Assembly (NCBI GenBank): GCA_977017645.1
Contig: OZ360241.1
Span: forward strand, 73,470,001 to 73,534,000
Direction: 5' to 3'
DNA from: Torpedo marmorata
Taxonomy: Eukaryota
Length of the DNA: 64,000 nt
The notes under the pieces are model-generated. The model was not told the origin of the DNA. It ran no database searches and saw only the letters and a list, made by a program, of their open reading frames with translations. Shown one piece after another: positions 37,201 to 49,200 of the stretch. How positions within the stretch are numbered: the stretch's first letter is position 1; every line of letters begins with the position of its first letter. A program made the translations under genes and the position numbers.

Positions 37201-40200
37201 CACCCCCTTGCATCCTGGTTCTGATTCCTGGTACCCCTTCAGCCAGTTCAAACCAGTCTCCAGCAGTCCGCAGCCCGGCGTGAGTCTCCCGACAGCAGTC
37301 TCCAGCAGCCCACAGCCTTCGCGGGTTCCTTGCCTCGAGTCACCAGCAGCCCGCCGCATGCATTGGTCTTTCAGCCACAGAGCCCCCTCACTGGTCCGCC
37401 GCCGTGGTCACTGTCCTGTGGGTCATCTCCTCTGCTTCTCCTTCTCAGGCGGGGGATGGTCTCCCCGTTTTCTGGTGCCCTGCGCCAGTCCTCCGCTCCC
37501 CTGGAGTCTGCAACCCCTCGTGACTGCTGCCGATCAGAGGCGCTGTCATCTTGGGCGCAGACCCCGCGTTTGCGGGATTTTAAATAAAACTACCGTCGGT
37601 TCAATGCCTGTGCGGAGCTGACGGCAGTTGACTGGGCGGTTGGACCCCGCGCGAGCACTGTATCACCGCTCCTTGCTCACCACGGGTCCGCACCAGCAGC
37701 AGCGCTGCCGTTACAGTGGCTCCGGCAGTGCCGCCATTTTTTGGATTAGGCCCCATTTATGCTAGGGAATTGACCCAATGGATCTGCATGAACAGGCAAC
37801 CTTGAATGAAGTGGAATGAGCAACAAGTCTTGCATAATTGAATTAGTTGAGTTTAGTTAAGTATTTTAAACATCTTACCATTTTAAAGTATGATTTTGAT
37901 AATTTGTGTCATTGACTTTTAATAGTATTTGAATGGCAGGTACTTTCACAAATATTCATAATTTTCAACAGCTGGCTAAGCTTAGGAGGTATATTTTGCT
38001 GGCGTCAACATTTTTGATTCTTGGGTGCACCTTATCCAGGCTGTCACTGTGACATTATTATACAGCACAAGAGCCTGTACAAGGCTCACAATTTAGTATT
38101 GAGACAACATTTACCAGCAATTTGACACCATCAGATCCACACAGGTCAACAGTGAACATGGTGGCAAGTTTTGATCCATTATATTTCAGTTTTATGCTGT
38201 GGTTACTTTACATTCTTACAAGACGAGACTAATATCAATAAACTAATATAAAAAACCTCACCTGCTGACCTATAGTTAAACCCAGTGCATAGCACAGTGG
38301 TTCTCAACCTTTTTTTCCCCATTCACAAACCACCTTAAATAATCCCTTACTAACCACAGAGCACCTATGGTGTCCTATGCCATAGGTGCTCTGTGGTTAG
38401 TAAGGCAATACTTAAGGCGTTATGTGAGGGAAAAAAAAAGGGTTGAGAACCACTGGCGTAGGAGGATACGATGCTTCACAGGACAAGACAATCCAATTCT
38501 GTGTATTGAACGTAGAGGTTCAGATGCAGAGTTAATTCCGGTTGTGTTCTGGTGGTTGTTTGATTACCAAGGATCTCCCAAACACCAACCCCTGATCTCA
38601 GGAGCTGTAGATGGATAGGTACCTGAATTGGTTTGGTGGCCAAGTCCTGGTGACGAGCAACTCAGTGATGATCCATTTTAGGCTCACACATAAAATCAGT
38701 CAATGGGATGGGTACCAGATCAGGCCCATTCTTTGGAGTTCACCATGATTGGGGTTTTGATGAGGTTGGTGTCAGCAGTAAAATATCATTTTAAGACTTG
38801 ACTTAACACCAGGCATTTTTAGAAAGGCTCTGAGTAGACTTTCTGGCTGTGAGTCAGGACAAAACCAATGCTTCTCTTTGCAACATCCCTAAAGCAGATG
38901 GCAACTTCACAGCTTCATAATAATCCCAGACTGTTTTGGATCCCATCTGCAGTGTTCAGTGTTTTGTCCAAGTCTGCTGATCTCCCTCCCACTGTCTCCA
39001 CAGACTCTTGTCGGATAGGTCATCTATTTTCTGTGTTGGGCTCTTCCAGTTGTCTTATTTCATGGCTAATAAGTCAAACTGATTTGGTGTCATATCCTCT
39101 GCTCCTTTTTAATTGGTACCAAACCCTAAATGTTTCAAACATAGGTTCAGATAATAATCTCGAGGAGAATGGGGTTGAAGAGGATTGTAAATCAGCCATG
39201 ATGGAATGGCGGGGCAGACTCAATGGGCTGAATGGCCTAATTCCGCTCCTATGCCTTATGGTCTTATGCTCTTCTCCACTGAGGTGCAGTTCAATCATCA
39301 GTCGCTCCTTACTGCTTCGCCCCAGTAACTATGTGGACATGTACAACAAATGTTGGAGATATTTTAATACAAGGGTATGTCTGGCTAATCCCCTACTACA
39401 GAGGGCTGAGATCGAGATCTCTGAAACTGACCCATCACAGCATTGGCACTCAATTATTTTTTTAAAATTGCAGAGTTGATAAGTTGATCTCTTGGGGTCA
39501 CAGTTTAAGGATAAAGGGGATGTCTTTTAGGACCGAGATGAGAAAAAAAAATTTCACTCAGAGGGTGGTGAATTTGTGGAATTCTCTGCCACAGGAAGTA
39601 GTTGAAGCTGGTTCCTTAGCTATATTTAAGAGGGAGTTAGATTTGGCACTTGTGACTAAGGGGATCAGGGGGTATGGAGAGAGAGCTGGTACTGGGTACT
39701 GAGTGGATGATCAGCCATGATCAAAACGAATGGCGTAGGCTTGAAGGGCCAAATGGCCTACTCCTACATCTATTTTCTATGTTTCTATGATTCTATGATT
39801 CCTGCATTTTTACTGATAATGCCCTCCCCTCCCCTCTCCTTTGTACTTCACCTCAACCAAGCCATCCCAAGCTTTAAATCGTCTCTTTCCTTATTCTGTC
39901 TGAAAACATCAGTTTAACAAGCAAGAATAAAATGCTCAAAGATTAGACCCAACAAAAGCAGGAGGGAAAAGTTGCTGGAAATGAACACATTTTGACAATA
40001 TTTTCAAGTTGTTTTAAATTTATTCTAAATTTCAACTGCTCCCCCAAAATCCACCAGAACACACTACTGAAAGTGTACAGAAGCGTGGAAGAAAAAGAAA
40101 GAAATTCCTGCCAGATATGTTAAGGACTGATGAGAACTGAGATCTATAGAAGGGTGATCATTAGTGAATTGGTCCGTGGAATCTGGGCTGTTGCCAAGGG

Positions 40201-43200
40201 ATAAGGAGCCACTTTCCAGAAAGGTTCAGCTATCGATAATTTCTGATTGCACACTGCAGATCTTAGGCATTCCTTTGCCATTAACTCCTACAAGTGTAAC
40301 CAACAACAGAGTTCAAAGACCTTCTTTGAATTGATTACTGTCTACTTGTCACCCCCAGCAAACATTTTGCTCTGAATTGGGACTTTATTGATTTTCATTT
40401 CCTTTTCTCGCTCTTTCACAAAGTGAGGCAAAGTAACGCCAGTTAGAGGCAAAACACGAAAATCTGTAGACACCGTGGTTGAAGTAAAAAACACAAATGC
40501 TGGAGAAACTCAGCAGGTCAAACAGTGTCTTTTATGTAGCAAAGGATGACATACATAACCGACGTTTCGGGCTTGAGCCCTTCATCAAAGTATGAGAAAA
40601 TGCCGGCAGGCGTCCAAACAAAAGAGTGAGGGGGGAAGGGGGATGGCAAAGGCAGGAGATGATAGGTGGAGAAAGGAGGGAGGGGACAGCAGCAAAGAGG
40701 GGGAGGAGGGATGGCTGGGTGGGTGAATAAAACAGGAAGGACAGGTGAGGGGGGAGGGGAAGGAAAAGACAAGCAGGTTTAGTGGAAAGCAGAAAAGTCA
40801 ATGTAAATGCCATCTGGCTGGAGAGTGCCCAGACGGAAAATGAGATGTTAGAGGTAGTGTTATATCACAGCAAGTGAAAAAGCCTCATTATAGTGTCCCA
40901 TTTCATCCAATTTATCCTTCTTTCCGTGCTTAGGATCTGGGTGGAACTACCCACAAGAGCCTTGATGTACCATCATCGCTCCTGTTATGCTGCAGAATAG
41001 CAGAGTCATTGGGCTTGAGTTTCCAAATGAAATGGAACACAGACACTTACCTTGTATGGAATGGGAGAGTTGTAGTGTTCCGGAATTTCCCAGCTAAGCA
41101 ACACAGAAGTCTTCATTGCAAGTTTTACTCGGAAATTCTTTGGGAAAACTGCTGAAAAAGAAAGCCAATTAAAAGAAAAGGTCCTGCGACAATGCAAACA
41201 GACATTAACCTTTTGTCAGTGTGCCGTTCAACACAGTCAACTGGAAATACATTGGCAGGTAATGAAGGAAATCTCCTCAGAATGTTTTTTGTGCATATTC
41301 AATTAAACTTGTCCATTTGTTGTGCCTGATTTGAGAAACCTTGGAGTCCTTCTGCATACCCACCAGCAATCCAATTGGTTGTCATTTGGTGGTTACCAAA
41401 TGGTGTCTTCCACAACAAACACTGTAGAACTAGTCTGCTGGCTCTGCTCAGCTGGTCAATGCTTCATCTGGCAAGCTGGTCATAGAAGCAAAACCAGATG
41501 TCCATGTAACCACCATGCCTCTCTGGTTAGTGGCTTGTACGTCTTCTAGAATACCTAGACTAACTGCTTATTGCTACCAGTCAGAAGTACATAACAGCAG
41601 TCGTTCCTACCTGTGTAGTTATGTTTGCATCATGGAGCGTACAGCCCAATGAGGACTTTCTCTACTGGGCATGACCTGCTGACCCCAAGCGATGACCTTA
41701 CCTGCATGAGCAATGAAGCATTCTGAAGCTACCAACAGCTTGCTTTCAGCAGACCTGACATATTTTACCTTGGGATTTGACGCGGTTGACTGCAAGTAGA
41801 GTGTACCAAGCTCAAAACTGCCCCACCGCCACCCGGGATTACAAATAGATAACCCCTACCTTGATCCAATGGCATGGTCCGATACTGAACGGCAGGACTG
41901 TAAGGACCAGGGCCTTTAATGGTCTGTGCCCTGACTTTAATGTCATAACTGGTATCCGGTTTAAGGCTGTCCAGTGTGAGGCTAGTCTGGGAGGATCTGG
42001 TGGACACTTCGATGGGACTGCTCTGGGCACCTGCCTGTCTCCAGGAGACAGTGTAAGAAGTGATGATGCCATTTCTTTCTGCCAAGACTGGGGGCAGCCA
42101 GCCAAACTGAATAGATGAGGTGGTAATATTCGCTAAGTCCAGGATCTGTGGGTGGCCTTTGGGCACATCTTCTGGGAGAGAAAGCTGCTTGACATCCTCT
42201 ATCCCCAGGCCAGCGCTGTTGCGGGCTGCCAGCCTGAACACATAGGTGGCACCTTTGTTCAGGCTGTGGAGCACATATTGACGCTCGTGGTCTGAGAACT
42301 CCAGTGTTCTCAGGGGCGACACATCCACACACCCCAACTGAAGCTGATAGCCAAGAAGTTGTCCAAATGTTTCCGAAGGAGGCTGCCATTCTAACCCGAC
42401 GGTGCCCTCTTGCAGTAGACGGACTGAGAGTGTGGGTCTGTTGGGAACTGAAAGAGAATACACACAGAGTTTCCTTATGACATAAAAGGAGAACATTCAG
42501 CCCATCAAATCAGAAGAATCCATTCCCTCAGTAATTTTTCTTGGAACCTATTTTCTGAGTAATGTATCCAAATATCGTGAGCTTTAATATTAATAAAACA
42601 GCTATCATTACATTTCTATCAAGCAGGAACACAGCTTCCAGACAAACTGCTGATTCTCTTGGAATGCTATTTTAGTGAAGCATAGGCAGTAGCTCAAATT
42701 GGATCTTGAGGTGAAATGGGATAATGACAATGAAGTTATTGTCATAATCGTAAGTACACCGTACAGGTGCACTAAAATTCTTACTTGCTGCAGCCACACA
42801 GGTACGTAAGATACGCCAACTACAAAAGTACATGTTAAATTACCCCAGTATGGAAAGAGATAATAAATATAGAAGATATACAGTTAGGGCAAGAAAAACA
42901 GTGGTGTTTTCGTAGAGCACACAGGTCTTTATGCCGGTCCTGGAGTAGGTTAGGTTAGGAGTCACATTTGCTAAATTACTGAGGAGCAAAGAGGAAAGAA
43001 CAAGAGTTGGGGAAGGGCAGAGATCTGTGGGAGTGAGATCCATACAAGTAGAAAGGACAGTAAAAATTAAAACTGGAAAGGGAGCAAATGTAGGTTATTG
43101 GGAGTCACTATCTCAGAGGATCTTTCCTGGACCCAACACACCAATGGCATCGTGAAGAAAGCACGTCAGCACCTCTACTTCCTCAGGAGTTTGCGGAGGT

Positions 43201-46200
43201 TTGGTATGACATCGGAAACCCTGGCAAATTTCTACAAATGTGAGGTGGAAAATATGCTGACTGGTCTGGTATGGGAACACCAATACCCCTGAGCGTAAAG
43301 CCCTCCAAAAGGTAGTGGACACAGCCCAGGAAATTACTGGCAAAACCCTCCCCACTATTGAGTACATCTACAGGGAACGCTGCTGTCGGAGGGCAGCAGC
43401 AATCATCAAAGACCCACACCTCCCAGCGCACGCTCTGTTCTCGCTGCTGCCATCAGGAGAGAGGTATAGGTGCCACAAGACTCACACCACCAGGTTTAGG
43501 AACAGCTGCTACCCCTGTACCATCAGAATCCTCAACAACAAAGTCAAATAAGAGACTCATTTAAGGACTCTTACTCGTGCACTTTATTAATTTTTCTTTG
43601 CTCTCTCTGTATTGCACAGTCAGTTTCATTCGTTACCTGTTAGCAGTTCTTTTGATTGTTTACATGTTTACACTGAGTACAGTTTACCTTTTGCACTACC
43701 AATTAGTGGTAATTCTGCTGCCCCAGCAGGAAAAAATAATCTCAGGGTGGTATGTGACTCTGACAATAAATCTGAAATCGGAATCTGAGAAATCTGTATC
43801 TAGAACAGGCTGTCTCATGAAGCTATAGAAATGGGTACAATTAAGATTTTCAAAAGGCTTTTGGACAGATGTGAACCAAATGACTAGCCCAGAATGCCAA
43901 CTTGGTTGGCATGGACAAGTTGGGCTGAAGGGCCTGTTCTGTGTTGAATGATTCTATGACTCTTTGCTAGCCTGAGGTAAAACAAGCGTTCTTGCCTAGG
44001 CTTACCAACAGTATTCATTATTATATTTCTGAAAACTAAGTTGGTGTCAACGAGGTAAGATAGAGAAGGAGGAACACAAGAGACTGCAGATGGAAGAATC
44101 TGAAGCAAAGCACACTTTGCTGGAGGAACTCAGCAGGTGAAGCAGCAGGGGAAGAAACACAATGATTGACCTTTTGAGCTGAATCCCTTTAGTGAGACTG
44201 GGGCAGGTCTGATCTCAGATCAACGTCCCAAGGAGCCTGTGATGAATGGCTGTAGTGCTTTATCACAGGGGATGGGGGTATTTTAATTTTTTTATTTTAA
44301 ATTTAAATTAATTTACAAACACGGTAGAAGTCTATATCGGAGACTTCCGGTGGCAGGGAATGGAATAGCAATCTAATTCTATTTCTCCCAGACTTTTGTT
44401 AATTACCCACGGTTTTAACTCGCTTTTTATTTGAATTTTTCGATAGTTATTGAAATAACATTATCTAGTAATGGCTGCTACACGTAGAGGATCGAAAAAA
44501 GACGAAAATCCGACCATAGCTGATGTTTTAACGGAGGTTAGTGCTTCGAGGGTTATACTGGAGCAATTGGTCGAAGATACTGAGACATTGAAGCGAGGTC
44601 AGGCTTCGTTTGATGATGCTTTGGCAACTATATCGGATATACAAACCTCCCTACAAGACCATGTACAACTCCTGAAGAAGTTGGAAGTTTCTTGGTCAAA
44701 TACAAGAGTTCTGCTGAGCAAAAGCAGTAGGTTGCTGAACTGGAACTTGATTTATTTGCTGGCGGTCGACATGAGAGACTGGGTTGAGATTGATGTCTTG
44801 TTGATTTTAAGACCGTTCGCTATGTTTGACCTCATTTTAGCTGTGATTTATTGGCTTCCGTGAGGTTCCTTTTTTTTTACACATGCTTGTTTAAAATGAG
44901 GTTTTATTTTGCTGATGTTGCCGCGCAAGTTCTGCACTTTTCTAGCAGACTTGGTTGGCAAGAGGGTGGGGGTTGGGGTTATGGAGGAATGTGCGCCTGC
45001 GCTGGCTTTGCCTAGCTTTTTGAGTTTATTAAAAAGTTGCCTGTATAATCTGTTCCTTGGTAGTTTTATGAGTTACTCCTGTCTTTTTTATCTACTCATT
45101 CCCCTTTTTTGGAATGGTTAGACATCTTAAAATTTTGATTTGGAATGTCTCTGGTTTGAATCACCCTGTGAAAAGAAGAAAGATCTTTACTCATGTTAAA
45201 AAATTCAAGCCTGAGATTTTATTTTTACAGGAAACTCATTTACGTGCCAAGGACACAACTCGTTTATTGAGATCTTGGAGGGGTTTTCAGTTTCATTCTT
45301 CCAATCTGGTCAAGTCCAGAGGTGTTTCTATCTTAATAGATCACTCTTTGCCTTTTGTCAAGTATGATGTCATATTTGATCCCAGTGGTAGATATGTTAT
45401 CCTTACAGGTAAAATTTGTGAGAAGCTATTTGTTTTTGTTAATTTATATGCCCCAAATTTTGACGACCCTCTTTTCTTTCAAAAACTGTTTTCTTTACTT
45501 CCAGATTTGAATTTGTATTCCCTGGTTTTAGGTGGTGATTTTAACTGTTGGCTGGACCCGATATTAGATAGATCTTCTGTCAGACCTGCGGTTATTAATA
45601 AGTCAGCCCAGCTTATTAACTCCTTTATGCTGGATACTGGTGTGGTGGACATTTGGAGATTTCTTAACTCAACAGACAAAGATTTTTCCTTTTTCTCGAA
45701 TGTTCATAAGACCTATACCAGGATAGATTACTTTTTGATTGATCAACAATTAGTGACTTTGACTGAATCTTGTAATTATGAGGCTATAGTAGTCTTTGAT
45801 CATTCCCCAGTTGTCCTTCAACTCAATATCCCTGATATCCCTATTAAAAATACGCCTTGGCGGTTCAATGTTACTTTTCTGTCTGAACCGGAGTTCCAAG
45901 ACTTTATGAAGAATCAAATACAAACCTTTTTTGATAATAATTCAGCAAATGGAATCTCGAACTAATTGTTTACAGCCAAAGTTAGGAGAGATTTTGTTAC
46001 AGAACGCAACAAGTTGCTGTCAGATATTAGGCTCATAGACCAACAAGTAAAACACGAAAATCTGTAGACACCGTGGTTGAAGTAAAAAACACAAATGCTG
46101 GAGAACTCAGCAGGTCAAACAAACATAGACCAACAATGTGCTTCGCAACCAGATGAGGCTCTTTTTAAAAGATGCTGTGAGCTTAAGTCTAGACATGATA

Positions 46201-49200
46201 TGCTTCTTACCTATCCTATTGAGGCCTACTTGCGAAAGAGTAGATCAGATTTTTATGTTCATGGGGATAAAGTTGGCAAATTACTTGCTAATCAAATTAA
46301 ATGTCATAATGTTAAACAATTTATTACGGAGATTCGAAAGAAGGATGGTATTTTAACTACGAATCATGATCAGATAAATGATGCTTTTTGGGAATTCTAT
46401 TCAGTATTATACAGTTCTGAGGCGCCTGATGATCCTTTAGAAATAGATCAATTTTTCGATAATTTAGATATCCCTACATTATCAGAAGAAATTAAATTGG
46501 GGTTGGAGAGGCCTATTTCTTCGGGTGAGATTTTAAAAGCTATTAATTCTATACAATCAGGTAAAGCCCCCGGCCCAGATGGATTTTCTGTAGAATTCTA
46601 CAAAACATTCAAAGATCTCCTACTTCCTTATTTAGAATTGACTCTGAAAGAGGCTAAGGTGGCGGGTAAGCTGCCTAGCTCCTTTCATGAAGCTTCTATT
46701 TCTTTAATACTTAAGAAAAATAAAGATCCTGCTAACTGTGTTCCTATCGCCCCATCTCTCTTATTAATGTAGATGCAAACATTTTGTCTAAAATTCTTAC
46801 TCACAGATTCGAAGAGGTGATTCCTAATATAATTTCTGATGAACAATGATTGACCTTTTGAGCTGAATCCCTTTAGTGAGACTGGGGCAGGTCTGATCTC
46901 AGATCAATGTCCCAAGGAGCCTGCGATGAATGGCTGTAGTGCTTTATCACAGGGGAGGGGGGTATTTTAATTTTTTTATTTTAAATTTAAATTAATTTAC
47001 AAACACGGTAGAAGTCTATATCGGCCACTGAAACCTGTGCCACCCAATTGTACCCAATTAACCTACAACCCTATACGTTTTGTGAGGGTGGGAGAAAACC
47101 AGAGCACCTGGGGAAAACCCACGCAGGTCATGGGAGAATGTACAAACTCCTTACAGACCACGTTGGATTCAAACCTGGGTCGCTTGCACTGGAAGAGCAT
47201 CATGCTAACTGCTACACTAACTGTGCCGCCATTAGAATTGGCATGGACAGTTGGGGTGGCAGGGGGAGTGAGGAAACAGACAAGCAAATGACTGAGCTCT
47301 TACCCTGGACTAAAAAGCAAATGTAGGATTGAGATAATTCTGAGTTGCCTCTGATGGCCTTCCCCACTGAATAGCAAAGCGAAGTGACACCAATATCACT
47401 TGGGAAACACAGAAGCTCTGTGGGATGGGCCATAAATCCCAGAGGTGATGCAAAATAGTTGGTAGGGAATTGGTTAGCCTCCTACATCCACTCTGTTTTC
47501 ATGTCCATTGTCTTCAGTTCGGTGGGGTATCGAGCAGGAATCTGTCCTATTGCTATTGCTTCTGGTTTTCCATCACTGACCTTCTACCTCAGCCACAGAT
47601 GGGAATGTAACACTGAGATCTCACTGTTCTCACAAGTTTCTCTGTAATAGCTTTTCCCAGTTAAGCAAATTCAGTTTCTTGTTCAATATTTTTATTGGTT
47701 TCATCAAATAAATGTGACATAGGTACATAACAATAGAATAAAATATTAACAAATCTTATATAATAGTAAAAATGATATTAAAACCTACGTTACATTAAAA
47801 AGAAGTGAAAAAACACTATACTAATTATATATTAATCAATCCCCTCCCTACGGAGGCTACTGGCTTAACACAAACAGTCCACTACTAATAATAAAAAAAA
47901 TAAGATAAATCATGGGGTCAAAAACCAGAAACTAATTAATCTTATACATTTTGAAAATAATTAAGAAAAGGATCCCAAAAAGAAACAAAGTTAAGATTTA
48001 TTTCAGTAGTGGAACATCTTATTTTTTCCAACGTCAAACATGCCATCATATGGACAACCATTGAGTGTGAGAGCAAATTAAGTTTCAAGGTAATGACAGT
48101 CACTGACAGGCTGTTGTCCTGATTAACGGTGCACTTCTCTATGTAAATGAACAGCAAAGATTTTTCATTCAATTTAATGCTGCACTAAGCTCAATTTGCC
48201 TGCCGCAATTTTCACAGCTCCCTTTTCATCCATTCCCTTAATCACTATGGACCAGCTAAACAGAGATTTATCAAAGTAGCAAAAACAAAATTAAGTTGCC
48301 AGTGGGTGAGAGTCATGTGACTGCGAGGTGGATGCCTCGCTTTACATTTGAAATTTTTTATTCTTTTCCAATCAATTTAACCCACTGGAGGAAATGGTGT
48401 TGAACACAGTTTCAGTGCACTACTCCTTAGCCATGGCAGCCCAACTGTATGGCAGTGTTAGTGAAAAGCCATGTAGAGGTCACTGGCATCTGCTTCAAGT
48501 TTAATCAGCAACTCTTCCCCACTGTTGTTATTGTTTCCTGAATTGAATAACTTTGTAGACCAAAGAAGATCTGGAAAATAATGCAATGGTCCTTGACGAG
48601 TTTCGTCCCCATCAGCAGTGTTAGAGAAGACTCTCTGGTCCGAGGGACCAGAGACTTCCCTCAGGTGCTAATATAAGTTGATCAACTCAATGAAAGATGT
48701 ACTTTGGTCTGCTTGAAACTTGTTGCTCTTCCAGCCCATTGAGATGTTCATCAGTGAATGGTGCACATTGACCACTGCAGGCTGCAGGAGTATGTGTTGA
48801 GTGACGCACTGACACTCGGTGGAGTCAGCACAAAGGCTTTGTGGGGAAGGACCACAGTCTAAGAGTCCTGCTGTCACTGGATACTGTGGGGCAGGGTCCT
48901 GTGTAACAGCCATTCATGGGCATATAATTTAAAGAGGAAAAGTGAGTGCCATGGATGCATTGTAAATAGGATGCACTGACTTGATGACACAATGAATGTA
49001 AAGAAAGGCACTGTAATGATTGTATTGTTTTTTCTGTATATATTTTATGTGTTTTTCTCGTATATCTATATATACTGTACATATTTATGAATAAAGTATA
49101 CCGTATATTTCGGCGTATAAGTCGAGTCTTGAAACCCTCAAAAATCTCTCAAAACGGGGGTCGACTTATACGCCGGATATACTTTTGAGACCTTAAAATC

